A stretch of DNA of 64,000 nt from a virus. This document shows positions 30,367 through 40,760 of the stretch, piece by piece (position 1 is the stretch's first letter; the number at the start of each line of letters is the position of its first letter). The notes beneath the pieces were generated by a model, which saw only the letters and a list, made by a program, of their open reading frames with translations, was not told the DNA's origin and ran no database searches. A program made the translations under genes and the position numbers. Location: IMG/VR virus record IMGVR_UViG_3300033144_003548. One strand, given 5' to 3'.

Positions 30367-30524
30367 CTTGCCTCCCTGCAAAGAGAAAACTCTTTTTTCT
30401 TTACTTTCAGGGTTCTATCCTTAGTAGTATAACATCTGAATCTCAGCACGCACACATCACACTGTTCATTACAAGGAACGGCGCAATTCCCGCCGTGTAG
30501 CTTTAAATATAACCCTCTTCTCAT
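30363..30524 (-). CDS. 53-aa Cys-module peptide (not in ORF track)
   Basis: MRRGLYLKLHGGNCAVPCNEQCDVCVLRFRCYTTKDRTLKVKKKEFSLCREAR; first gene after the promoter at 30534-30562; stop overlaps the next ATG. Confidence 0.7.
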   Translation of the reverse strand: MRRGLYLKLHGGNCAVPCNEQCDVCVLRFRCYTTKDRTLKVKKKEFSLCREAR

Positions 30525-30533
30525 TCTGTTATT

Positions 30534-30562
30534 ATTATAACATATTGAGGGTTAATTGTCAA
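30534..30562 (-). promoter_or_regulatory. sigma70-type leftward promoter
   Basis: TTGACAATTAA...TGTTATAAT with 17-nt spacer. Confidence 0.8.
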
Positions 30563-30847
30563 GCCCTGTTGTAACGAAGGTGCAAGATGTATTGCTACGT
30601 GCTACCTTTTGCACGCAGGCTGAAAACTTTGAAAAATTGTCTAGACCAGTACGGGGATCACAACGTGGCGGATTATGTAAAGTAGGGGCGTTTTTTATGT
30701 AAACTAGGCGGGGGTTAAAACTGGCGTGCTCTGAGACACTCTATAATCAAAATCCTGCCCGTTTTATCAATATGGGTATATTATACCAGTGAGAATTTAC
30801 CACGCCCAAAAATCGCTTAAAATCGCTTAAAATCATACTCTAGGGTA

Positions 30848-30877
30848 TTGACAAGTAAAATAATTCTATGGTAAAAT
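30848..30877 (+). promoter_or_regulatory. sigma70-type rightward promoter
   Basis: TTGACA-18nt-TAAAAT with TGn. Confidence 0.55.
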
Positions 30878-31084
30878 TAGGTATAATTAAATAAGGTGGT
30901 ATTGAGAATGAATGAATAAACAAAGCTAGGTGTAAAGCTAAGAGTAAGCACCACAAAGCTATCAGTGGAGACACTGAATCCAGTTTGCTATACTGGTAAT
31001 AAGTGGAGTAACAGAGATAAACTCCAGTGTAACAGTAACAAAACTGTAAAACAATCTCAAAACTAAAATTGAGGTGATTATACA

Positions 31085-31792
31085 ATGTCTAACGAAATGG
31101 ACAAGTCAACAAGCGGTAACACGGTAATTATATCTTCAACCGTTCTCGGTCAAAAAAGAGCTGAATATCAGCGACTTAAAGACAAGGGAATTGCTGAGGA
31201 TAGAATAACCGAGAGAATGACCGAGGATGCTCTCCAGTTCGGTATCACTCTTGAGAATTACCAGACACAGCTAAACAATCTCAAGAGCAAGTCAAGCGGT
31301 GGTGAGCAAATCGAGGAAAAGAGGAAAGAGCATACCGCTAAACTACAAAGCGAATTCCTTGACTACCTCGGTTATGCAAATGGGGTTACTCAAGTTGACT
31401 GGAAAAAAGTTCAGTTCAGCAAGGATAACTTCAAAAAGCTGGTAAAATTCCTTGCTGGTATGGGTGAAGCAACCGACAAGCTGATAACCTCACTTCAGAA
31501 TACTGAATTTACACAGAAGAGGGGTAAACAAGCGTGGATGGTTATGCTTCACGCACCAGTCCATAATCACATCACGGATAAACCGACCAATACAAAGTTA
31601 CTTGCTCCGTTTTGTGGTGGGTGGACTGATAAGGGTAGGTCGTATGACCAGTACGGTATCCGTATGGAAGCGTCTGGAGCAGCGACTTTTTACCGACCAG
31701 TTAGCTATGAGACTCCAGTAAAGACCACTGGACTTGAAGCACCAGCAAGCGATAATCCAGAGACTCCAGAGAATACCGACAATAAGAGCTAA
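31085..31792 (+). CDS. Early protein; N-terminus paralogous to 35135-35671
   Basis: GAGGTGA RBS; TVLGQKRAEYQRLKDKGIAEDRITERMTEDA. Confidence 0.75.
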   Translation: MSNEMDKSTSGNTVIISSTVLGQKRAEYQRLKDKGIAEDRITERMTEDALQFGITLENYQTQLNNLKSKSSGGEQIEEKRKEHTAKLQSEFLDYLGYANGVTQVDWKKVQFSKDNFKKLVKFLAGMGEATDKLITSLQNTEFTQKRGKQAWMVMLHAPVHNHITDKPTNTKLLAPFCGGWTDKGRSYDQYGIRMEASGAATFYRPVSYETPVKTTGLEAPASDNPETPENTDNKS

Positions 31793-31806
31793 TCAGTCAA
31801 GGGTAA

Positions 31807-31846
31807 GGGTAGGGTAGTAATACCCTACCCTACCCACTAAAAAAAA
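31807..31846 (+). terminator. Hairpin GGGTAGGGTA-GTAA-TACCCTACCC
   Basis: Perfect 10-bp stem after the stop codon, followed by an A-run. Confidence 0.55.
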
Positions 31847-31862
31847 CAAAGTGAGGTCAATT

Positions 31863-32006
31863 ATGTGTGAGCATTGTAATTTAGTCAATTGTCCAGTACT
31901 CAACAAAGCTGAATGTCCTATCAATATCTTGTGGGCTGAGGCAGACAGGATAAGGGCAGAGACTGAGGCGGCAATCAAAGAGGCTGAGGCAATTATCGGC
32001 GACTGA
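31863..32006 (+). CDS. 47-aa Cys-containing peptide (not in ORF track)
   Basis: GAGGT RBS; MCEHCNLVNCPVLNKAECPINILWAEADRIRAETE... Confidence 0.55.
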   Translation: MCEHCNLVNCPVLNKAECPINILWAEADRIRAETEAAIKEAEAIIGD

Positions 32007-32014
32007 GTAATTAT

Positions 32015-32047
32015 TGGGGCGGCTGAATAAGTCGCCCCACTTTTTTT
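32015..32047 (+). terminator. Intrinsic terminator
   Basis: TGGGGCGGCT-GAATA-AGTCGCCCCA followed by CTTTTTTT. Confidence 0.8.
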
Positions 32048-32225
32048 ATGCCCAAAAAGCAACATTATGTCAACTTTACATATAATTTATAGTGCGATCC
32101 AAGTTAGCTTCAAATTGAGCCTAAAAAGCTACTTTATGTAAAGTAGAGCCTAAAATTCACGCTCAAAGTGGGTCGCACTATCTACTATATGTCAAGTAAA
32201 GCATCAGTGGCAAATGAGCCAGCGT

Positions 32226-32351
32226 GCCTGAACGCCAATTCTGGCAGATTCGCCAATAGCCTGAACGGCAAATAAGCCTGTATGCCTGAACAATGTGCCT
32301 AGAGCCTTGCCTGAACTGCCGTTGATGGCGAATAAGCCAAAAAGCCTGAAC
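32226..32351. repeat. Five direct GCCTGAAC repeats in non-coding DNA
   Basis: Copies start at 32226, 32259, 32284, 32309 and 32344. Confidence 0.75.
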
Positions 32352-32512
32352 AGCACGCCACAGAGCAGGAGCAAGGTAAGTTGGTGGCAGGATTTCAAAT
32401 CGAGGTTACTCTCAGGCAGATTTACCAGATGGGGGTAACAGAGCCAAAGCCAAAAGGCACGCCAAAGCTGCTGGCAGAACAACCAGCAACTCTGAACGTG
32501 CCTCGTTAGAGA

Positions 32513-34546
32513 CTAATTCAGGTTAAGCCATCCACGCTCTTCAGCAGGGATGGGGTCGCCAAAGTGGTCGTAGTCAGAACACCTCTGACAAATGCCGAAC
32601 TCTAGGGTATCACCCCTAGCTGCCCTCAAAGTGTCAATCGTTCCATCTTTTCTCTGAGACAGCTTATGTCCAGCAGCACAAGCCACTTTGTCTCCCTGAC
32701 ATCTTGCGTTACCGCACTGCCAGAGACTCCTCATTAGTCACCTCCTTCGGCTTGATAGTGTCTTGGAAACTCAGCAGCCAGGTGCGATGCTTCCAGTTAC
32801 GAGGATTGTCGGGGTCAGCGTGAGGAGTCTTGAGACAATATCCCTGCCGAGTAATCAGCAGAGTGCAACCACAAGACAATCCTTCAACTGAGTGCATCCT
32901 ATCAGGCTGAAAGTTCCGAGTCAGCACCACTACTTCACCGTGAGTCGGACAAGTTCGGGTCAAGGCGTGGAATTTTACCACTTTCGCAGTAAACTCCATC
33001 GCAGGCGGAGCACTCTGCGACTTTTTCTTGAAAGTCCACAGCCCGTTGTCGTCAAGCTCAAGGTCTGGATGTGGTGCTTCTGGATTAAGAGGAATAGTCT
33101 TGACTTCGCCGTGCATCTCGCTCACTCCTTTCTCTAGACTACCTCTATTATACCATCGCCTTGTGTAAATGTCAAGTGTTTTGAGATGCCACGCAAAAAT
33201 TTTTTCGCAGGCAAATCTGCCGATCAAGCCAAGCCGAACAGAACTCAGGCAAGTGTGCCAGGGCATAGAACGGGAGCGGTAGGCAACTCGCCCAACGCTC
33301 CCTTTGTTTAGTAATTAAAAATGCCAATATAGTAACAGTCTTTATTTAATCGGCGGTCTAATCCTCCTTTCCTAGATTTGGCTCGCAGTTACTTGACTTT
33401 AACTACGATGCCATCCCTCACCTCAACCTGAGCATACCACCTGTGAGGCTCAGGGTAATGAGGACCCTCAACGAACTCAGTGCCGTTTTGCTTGGGAGAA
33501 CCAAGTCCTGGGGAATAGAGTCTGACCTCTTTCCCACTGGCGACTGCTTCCTTGAGTGCTTTTTTGGTCTTGAAGTTAGTATCAGTATACATTAGCCACC
33601 TCCTTCTTAGTGTGTTGGGTCTGAGCCATCTTCGGGGATACCGTTTACCAGCATAAAGTCCCAATGCTCTTTGAAGACTTTGCTGCCAGCGTTGTGCTTC
33701 CGATTGCACTTTTTGCAGAAGTAAGACTTGATGGTAGCTTTCTTAGCCATCTCCTCAGCAACAGCTTTGTCAACTGCTGCCTGACGCTCTAGGAGCATCT
33801 GACGAGTTGGGTGTGCCGCATACCAATCTTCCTTCTTCCACAATCGACCATCTCGGAAGATGATGCCCGACTCTGCTCTAGCTCTATCCTTTGCTCGGCT
33901 CATCGGTTTTGCTAACCCCCTTTCCTCTAGGATACTTCTATTATAGCAACGCCTTTGTTAAAAGTCAAGGGGGAAAATGTACGCCAGAAGTTCACGCTCA
34001 AAATAAGGGCAAAACTGCCCTCAAATTGCCGATTAGGCGTCTCAGAACAGGTGGCTATACATTACGCCTAATGGCAAGCCAAACTGCCTCTTCGGCAAAT
34101 CTGCCAAAAGGCTGAACAGGCTGCCATAAAGACAGCCTGTTAGCTCGGCGGGTGCGTGGCTAAGAAGTCCGAATCTGCCCTCTTACCATATTTCAGGTTA
34201 TCAGTTCCGAGCCACTACCACTTAATCCACTTATCTTCTGGCTGAGCGTAGATAAGTGCCCTCATCGCTGGTTTATAGCCAGCTTTGAGTCCAGCCTCTC
34301 TCAGAACTTCGAGAGCCTCCGCTTTACCTTCGGCTTTGCGGAGATTGGCTTGTGCTTCTTTGAGATACTGGATGGTTTCCTCTTTATCCATTCTCTCCAT
34401 TAGATGCCTCCTTCACTTTGAATAGGGTTACCTTGTTCTGCCCAGTTCTACGAAGGATGTAGTCTTTCTTGTTGCCTTCAAGTTCACATACCACCTCAAC
34501 AGGGGTAAACGAACCATCCCGCTTGCCAAGTCCTTCAATAACCATA
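32513..34546 (-). CDS. Leftward early cassettes: ORFs 32513-32734, 32709-33116, 33389-33592, 33607-33903, 34215-34400, 34384-~34546
   Basis: Strong RBSs; three promoters at 33147-33175, 33940-33968 and 34565-34593, each driving two ORFs. Confidence 0.6.
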
Positions 34547-35134
34547 CTATCACCTCCATTATCTAGTATAGCATCGCCTGCGTTTAATGTCAAGTAGGTC
34601 TTAGAGGCAAAAGGGATGTCGGTGCGTGGCAAATCAGCCTAAATACTCTGCTCTCCCACTGGTTCTGCTGTGGCAGAACTGCCGTCCATTCTGTGCGTGG
34701 CATTTAATATCACTTCTTACTCTTGGCAAAGGCAAATAAAGAGGTAACAGAACCTACGGCAAACTTGCACGTAACGTGGCAAGGCAAGATTTCCTACATA
34801 ACACTGGCAACGTTACACACAGAGTAACGACACGGCGAAAACTTTGAAAATTTCTCGAACACAAGAGAATTGCCATTCAGATCGTTACGTCTCATGGCTT
34901 AATTCTGAGATTGTATCTAATGTGGCAGTATTCTACAACACTCTAAGCATTTTATGGGAAAGGGATATTCTATGGCAGATATAGGAGTAACAGTGTTATG
35001 TTGTGTATGGCAAGGGTGAAGAATTTACTCCTTCGCCACGCACAAAAGCTTGACATTTCCAGTTGGCGATGATATAATTATAGTGTAAAGGTCGAGAAAC
35101 CAAAGCACGAAATCTAAAGAAAGGAGAAGCCACA

Positions 35135-35671
35135 GTGGGTAAGACTCAAACAGTCGAAATCCAGCCAACGGTTCTCGGTAGGAAAAATGCCGAGTATGCT
35201 CGTCTGCGTGAGAAAGGCATCGCAGAAGAGCGTGTTGTTGAGCGGATGGCAGAGGATGCAAAAGTCTTCGGCGTGACTCTTGAGGACTATCAGGGTCGTC
35301 TGGCTGAAGTTGGTCGAAAGACTGGCGATGGTAAGCGGGCAGCTTTGAAAGCCCGAAAGGAAGCGGTGCAGGCGAAGCATCTGGAAGTCTGTTCGTTTCT
35401 GAATGAGGTTATCACCACAGGTCAGACTGACTTAGCCGCTTTCCAAACCTCTCTTAAAGAGTTGGCTGAGAAAGCTGATGGGTGGGTTCTGATGACCGCC
35501 TGTGAGAAGGATGGCTCGACTGGGGAAGGCTTGTTTACCATCAATGACTCTGGATGGAATGACGGCAGCAACCGTTCAAACCAGTATTCAGACCGCCCTC
35601 AGATGGTGGGTAAGTCGGGCAAGCACGTTCCTCATCCATTCCTTATCAGGGGCATCGAGCAGGGGAGCTAG
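35135..35671 (+). CDS. Early protein; N-terminus paralogous to 31085-31792
   Basis: AAGGAG RBS, GTG start; TVLGRKNAEYARLREKGIAEERVVERMAEDA. Confidence 0.75.
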   Translation: MGKTQTVEIQPTVLGRKNAEYARLREKGIAEERVVERMAEDAKVFGVTLEDYQGRLAEVGRKTGDGKRAALKARKEAVQAKHLEVCSFLNEVITTGQTDLAAFQTSLKELAEKADGWVLMTACEKDGSTGEGLFTINDSGWNDGSNRSNQYSDRPQMVGKSGKHVPHPFLIRGIEQGS

Positions 35672-35695
35672 TAAGCTCTACGGCACACAACCAGA

Positions 35696-35740
35696 GGAGA
35701 GGGGAGTCGAAAGGCTTCCCTCTCTTTGTGCCCTCTTTCT
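35696..35740 (+). terminator. Intrinsic terminator
   Basis: GAGAGGGGAGTC-GAAA-GGCTTCCCTCTC followed by TTTG. Confidence 0.7.
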
Positions 35741-35871
35741 TCGGGCAAATCTACCAGTTGGGGGTAACAGGGTGCTGGACTTGCTCGCTGTGGCAAACGG
35801 GATTAGCTTGACATCCTCAGATGGCGATGCTATACTGGGGATAGTGGGAAATACTGTGAAAGGAGAAAGCG

Positions 35872-36285
35872 ATGGCAAGGAAGAAAAGTCAAGAGCAGGC
35901 ATATCATTGTGATATGTATTACTTTGACAATGTATGCCCCCATCGTGGGAGTCAAGACCCTGCCGACATCCGCTATCGGTCAGGGTGGACTCTCCAGCCA
36001 CGTTCTCTATGCAAAAACTTTGGGCTAGACGCAAATGATAGGTTGTGTCGGCATTGTGTAGAGAATAAGAAACTCTTCCCTCCAGCCCTAGTCAAAGTGA
36101 GATACTCAGCACCAGCGAGCCGAGTTATCAGTCGGACTCCATTTCAGGCTAAAAATTCCAAAGCGGAAACTATCAAAGCATATTCCAAGCCAAGACCACT
36201 AATTGAGTATCTCAAAAAACATCCTCGTTTATACGGAGTCAATGTCGAGACAGGCGAAATCATCAATGCGAAGGTTGCGGTATAG
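35872..36285 (+). CDS. Cys-containing hypothetical early protein
   Basis: First gene after the promoter at 35808; AAGGAG RBS. Confidence 0.6.
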   Translation: MARKKSQEQAYHCDMYYFDNVCPHRGSQDPADIRYRSGWTLQPRSLCKNFGLDANDRLCRHCVENKKLFPPALVKVRYSAPASRVISRTPFQAKNSKAETIKAYSKPRPLIEYLKKHPRLYGVNVETGEIINAKVAV

Positions 36286-36575
36286 TGGCTGAATTATACA
36301 TTCTTCATTTCAAGAAGCCCTACTGGAAGAATTGTCAACACTATGTTGGCTACACAAAATTTACCGCAGAAGAGCGGTGTGCCGTTCATCGTGGGGTGAT
36401 GAAGAATGGTAGCAAGCCTAGCAAACTTGTTCAGTATGCACTCAATCACGGCAATGACTTTGTTATTGCTCTTGTGGAGCAATTCAATGAGGATTGGGAA
36501 GCTCGTCAGGCAGAGCGGAAAATCAAAAGAAGTGGAGGTGGCAAGCGATTATGTCCAATATGTCAAAACAGATAA
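36285..36575 (+). CDS. GIY-YIG nuclease family protein
   Basis: LYILHF...HYVGYT..R..H...AERKIK. Confidence 0.75.
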   Translation: MAELYILHFKKPYWKNCQHYVGYTKFTAEERCAVHRGVMKNGSKPSKLVQYALNHGNDFVIALVEQFNEDWEARQAERKIKRSGGGKRLCPICQNR

Positions 36576-36748
36576 TGGAGAAACTCAAGTTTTGGTGGCA
36601 TTACAGCATCTTGCGTGAATGTATCTTTTGTGGCGAACCTAGCACCACTAGAAGTGTCGGCGTCAGGGTTTGCGACAGATGTGCAAGGCACGTTCAGGAA
36701 GGTTGGGATAGCTACGGCAGGTAGAGAAAAATCTCGTAGGGAGGCATT

Positions 36749-37201
36749 ATGCTGGACGAAAGCAAAATGTCTGAGGCAGAAAGAAAAGCGTATGCTAATA
36801 AGCTCGCTATGAGGCAAGAGGAAGAAAGAGTAAAGCGTGAACGGGCACGACATAATTTATCTTGGAGAATAGCCAGAGAATACGATGTGCTGGTAATCAC
36901 GAAAGCTGGCGAGACTTGGTTGGTTGATTGTAAGCGGTCAAACAATGGTGAGTTCATTATAGATGGCTCAGACATTATCAAGTTACTTGACATCGCTAAT
37001 AACTGGAGAGCAAAGCAACCTGGCGTAGTAGTTGAAGCTAGGTTTGAGATGTGGTTTAGCCGAACCAGACAAGCAAACAATAGGCGTGATGTGGTGGTTA
37101 CTGAGGATGATAGAGGCTGGAGCATAAAATGCACCAAAACTCCAAAGAAAATCACCACACAGAAAGTTAAGCGTGGAAGCCAAGAAGAAAGGGGTGAGTA
37201 A
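36749..37201 (+). CDS. PD-(D/E)XK nuclease (Hjc-resolvase-like)
   Basis: YDVLVI...WLVDCKRS. Confidence 0.5.
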   Translation: MLDESKMSEAERKAYANKLAMRQEEERVKRERARHNLSWRIAREYDVLVITKAGETWLVDCKRSNNGEFIIDGSDIIKLLDIANNWRAKQPGVVVEARFEMWFSRTRQANNRRDVVVTEDDRGWSIKCTKTPKKITTQKVKRGSQEERGE

Positions 37202-37202
37202 G

Positions 37203-39106
37203 ATGGTAAAAGTCGGGACTATCAAAGACTTCAGGCGTGCAGAGAAGATGTTGAGAGATGCTGGCTTTGAGGTAACGGAAGATGGGGGCGATCTTGTAAA
37301 GAAAGCATATGTCAACGGAGTCGAAGCCATCGGTATTGCAAAGTTTCGGGGCAATACTTGGATATTCCGCTATAATCCGAAATTCTTTAGCGAAAGCTAG
37401 AAAGGAGAGGCAGATGGGAAATATGTTGGTTGATGCGGCACTCAAACAGGTCGAGAGGGATACTGAGAAAGTGCAAGAGGCAATCAGCCATAGCACCACT
37501 GAGCATTATCGCAAAGCTGTGGTGAAGCGGGCAATTGCTTCTGTGGAAGCTCTCAAGGCATCCCTAAAAACTCTATAAGAGAGGTAATTGGCAATGGGTA
37601 TGATGAAGCGATACTTGATGGAGAAGATAGCAGAGTTCGCCATCAAAATCGGGGTAACGGAAGAAGCCATCTACAACGATGACTTCCTCTATGAGCGGGC
37701 AACTGCTTACGCTCAACTAAAACTTCAGCAGGAGGGCATAGATGAAACCTTCAGAAAAATCGCCTGAATTGAATTCATTCCTTAATGAGTTCAGCCAGAA
37801 TGTGTTTGGTCGAAACAGAACAGAGGCTATTGAGAATGACGTTTGTGTTGAGTGCGGTGAGTCTGCAAAAGAATTCAAAGATGCACTCAGCCAAAAGGAA
37901 TACTCAATCTCTGGTCTGTGCCAAAAATGTCAAGATAAAATATGGGGGTGAGTGATGAGGCTAACTTGTATCAGGGATAAATGTCCAAAGGCAGGTCTGT
38001 TCGTAGATTACAGACGTTGCCTAGAGTGTCATTCCTTTGCTGGACAAGTCGAGTTTGGCACAGTGGACTGTAATCATCCCGAAGCCAAGAAGGGTGGGGG
38101 GTATAGTGGAAGTCTCAAAGACATATTCCCTACCCTCTGCCGACAAACTTATTAAAAGGAGAGGTTAAATGGGTGGCAATATAAGATTACATCCAGAGCA
38201 CGGGCTTAATCCGACAATCTCACAGTGTATCATCTGCGGTGGTGATAAAAATGAAATCGCACTACTTGGTGCGGCATACAAAGGGCACGCACCGATGAAG
38301 ATGGTAACCAGCCTCGAACCTTGTGATGCCTGCAAAGAGAAATATCTCAAAGAAGGGATAATGCTTGCAGAGGCAGATGGAAAACGAGTTCCTACTGGTA
38401 GTGTAGCAGTTATCACCGAAGAGGCGTTTACAAGGATATTCAAGGATACTCCCATTCCGCCACGTAGGATTGCGATGGTGGAGCAGGGAATGTTAGCGAT
38501 GCTTGGCATCAACTAACAGCTTGACAATCGCTGATGGCGATGATAGAATTAAGACAGTGGAGCAAACACTGGAAAGGAGTTGGCAAGTGAATAAGAAAGA
38601 GTTACCAGTTGAGCTGCCAGAAAAGTGTCCTCATTGTGGGGCAGAGACAGAAGATGGTATCTATGTCTGTATGTCTTGCGATGAGCAACTTATTCGTGGC
38701 GAGCTTTGCAACGGGTGTGGTGGAGTAATCTGTGTCGGCGAACCAGCTTATGCTCTTCAATCTGGCTACATAGACGATGATGGAGAGTTCGTGAGGGTTG
38801 ATAGCCAATCACAGATATTCCACACTGGTCAGTGCCTGAATTCGGAAGAATGAAAGGAGATGGCAAATGGTTGGAGATAAAGAGATAGTTAGTGGGCGTT
38901 ATTACAACGCAAATGGGAGTGCTGTTGCCATTATTGCTGTGGTAACAGAAGGAATAGACTGGGCAGCATATATTGGTGGTACTCAACCTGATATTCCAAT
39001 GGAAGAAACCCAAAAGTGGGTGGCAAAATATGGTTGCAAACTATCTGAAGCGGATGCTCGGCATTACTTCGGAGAAGATGTAACCTCGCTGCCTTACAGA
39101 CCATAG
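37203..39106 (+). CDS. Run of short early hypothetical ORFs, several with CxxC pairs
   Basis: 37203-37400, 37413-37578, 37742-37951, 37952-38155, 38169-38516, ~38587-38853, 38867-39106; most have clear RBSs. Confidence 0.55.
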
Positions 39107-39114
39107 AAAGGTAG

Positions 39115-40473
39115 GTGATTAAAATGGCAGACAAAAGGACTCTCACTGTTGAGAGTAACTACTGCAAAGACTGGACAGTAACCGATGCCGTAAGAGAACT
39201 AATCCAAAATGCTCTCGATACTGGCACAAAGGTTGAGATTGTCCAGATGGGTAACCTGTGGGAGATAAAGGACTATGGGGCAGGAATTAACCTCTCCGAC
39301 TTCCTTATCGGGCGGAGTTCAAAGCGTGATGATACTGATTTGATTGGGCAGTTTGGTGAGGGTGCTCCTATTGGTTGCCTAGTGCTTGCAAGAGCGGGGC
39401 GAGACGTTAAGATATATTCCAAAGGAAAACGTTTCGCCTTTTCTTTTGAGCACGATAGTCAGTGGGGTTGCCCTCTGCTTACCATTACAATTGATGAGGT
39501 GGCTACGGATGATGGGACAAGTGTAAGGGTAGAGTGCAGTGCCGAGGAAATGGATAAGGTTAGAGGACAATTCCTCAAGTTAACACCCCAACCAGTCTTG
39601 GCACGAGGAAAGCATACTGACATCTTATCCCCTGCGGGGTCAATTTATGTTAATGGTCTCTGCGTGAGCCACGTTAATTCTCTATTTGGATACAATTTCA
39701 AAGGGCGGAAAGATTTAGTTAATCGGGATAGAAATGCCATCGGTCATTCTCAAATTGTGTCAGCAATCCAAGATACGATGGCGCACATCACCAATCCCGA
39801 TTTAATGCGTGAAGTCCTGTTAGCAGGTGCACGTGATGAGCCAAAAGGAGCAATTGAGTTTACTCAAGAGTTCTCCACATCATACCCCTACAAGTGGAAG
39901 GCAGCAATCAAAGATATTTGGGGAGATAAAGTCTGCCTTGCTGATAATTCAGCGTATGACCAACTGGCTACCGAGAATAATTGGAAAGTCCTGTCATTGC
40001 CTTGGGGTCTCAAATGGACTCTGCGACACATTCTACCAAATTCAAAGGATGTTTTCAATAAAGGCAAGAAAAAGCAGTATATCCTGCAAAAAGACCTTAC
40101 TCCAGACGATAAAGAAATCTTAAAAGAGGGCAAAGAAATTGCGGGTTGGCTCGCAAAAGAAGTCGGGTTAGAGACGTTTCCTATAAAAATATTCAGAGAC
40201 TTACAAAGACAAGAAGGCACAAAGCAATTCACTACTCACGGTCAATTTGTGGGCGGGACTGTCGAGCTTGAAATTGAATTACTAAAGCGTCAAGACATAA
40301 CCAAGCTTGTCGGCACTACTCTCCACGAATATACTCACGGGACAACGGGCAGTCCAGACACTACGAGGGACTTTGAAAATCACCTCACCGACTTAATTGC
40401 TACTCTTGGCATTAAGTGCTATATGCAGGCTAAGAAAATTGAGGAGTTGGAGAAGTGCAGAATACAGATTTAG
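39115..40473 (+). CDS. GHKL-type ATPase fused to a C-terminal HExxH (zincin-like) domain
   Basis: RELIQNALD, DYGAG, IGQFGEG; LHEYTH near the C-terminus. Confidence 0.75.
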   Translation: MIKMADKRTLTVESNYCKDWTVTDAVRELIQNALDTGTKVEIVQMGNLWEIKDYGAGINLSDFLIGRSSKRDDTDLIGQFGEGAPIGCLVLARAGRDVKIYSKGKRFAFSFEHDSQWGCPLLTITIDEVATDDGTSVRVECSAEEMDKVRGQFLKLTPQPVLARGKHTDILSPAGSIYVNGLCVSHVNSLFGYNFKGRKDLVNRDRNAIGHSQIVSAIQDTMAHITNPDLMREVLLAGARDEPKGAIEFTQEFSTSYPYKWKAAIKDIWGDKVCLADNSAYDQLATENNWKVLSLPWGLKWTLRHILPNSKDVFNKGKKKQYILQKDLTPDDKEILKEGKEIAGWLAKEVGLETFPIKIFRDLQRQEGTKQFTTHGQFVGGTVELEIELLKRQDITKLVGTTLHEYTHGTTGSPDTTRDFENHLTDLIATLGIKCYMQAKKIEELEKCRIQI

Positions 40474-40748
40474 CAGGCAGCTTCGTAGGGTTAAGTTCTC
40501 TGGATGCCGTGCTCACTAAGGTAGTAGTGGGCAATGGTGGGTATGAGCTAAATCCAGTAGTTCGGCGTATTCTTGAACAACCTGAGTGGGTGTTTTGGGC
40601 ATTCAAAATTGGTGGAGCGATTGTTTGTGCCTTAGTCCTGCTTCTACTTGCACGAAGATTTCCTCGCCAGATTAAAAATATACTTATTCTTTTAACAGTA
40701 ATAATGCTAGGAGTTTGCCTATTCAATCTAATAGGTGTAGTGATATAA
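40455..40748 (+). CDS. Small membrane protein (DUF5658-like)
   Basis: LDAVLT...YELNPV..K motif; three hydrophobic segments. Confidence 0.6.
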   Translation: MQNTDLAGSFVGLSSLDAVLTKVVVGNGGYELNPVVRRILEQPEWVFWAFKIGGAIVCALVLLLLARRFPRQIKNILILLTVIMLGVCLFNLIGVVI

Positions 40749-40760
40749 AAGGAGAAAAGA

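Noticed and set aside
34-30400. Plus-strand ORFs across the left arm (and minus-strand ORFs across the right arm)
   Set aside because: Antisense shadows of well-supported genes, without RBSs or recognisable motifs.
32226-32351. GCCTGAAC repeats as a CRISPR array
   Set aside because: Repeats are only 8 nt, spacing is irregular, and there are no cas genes in the window.
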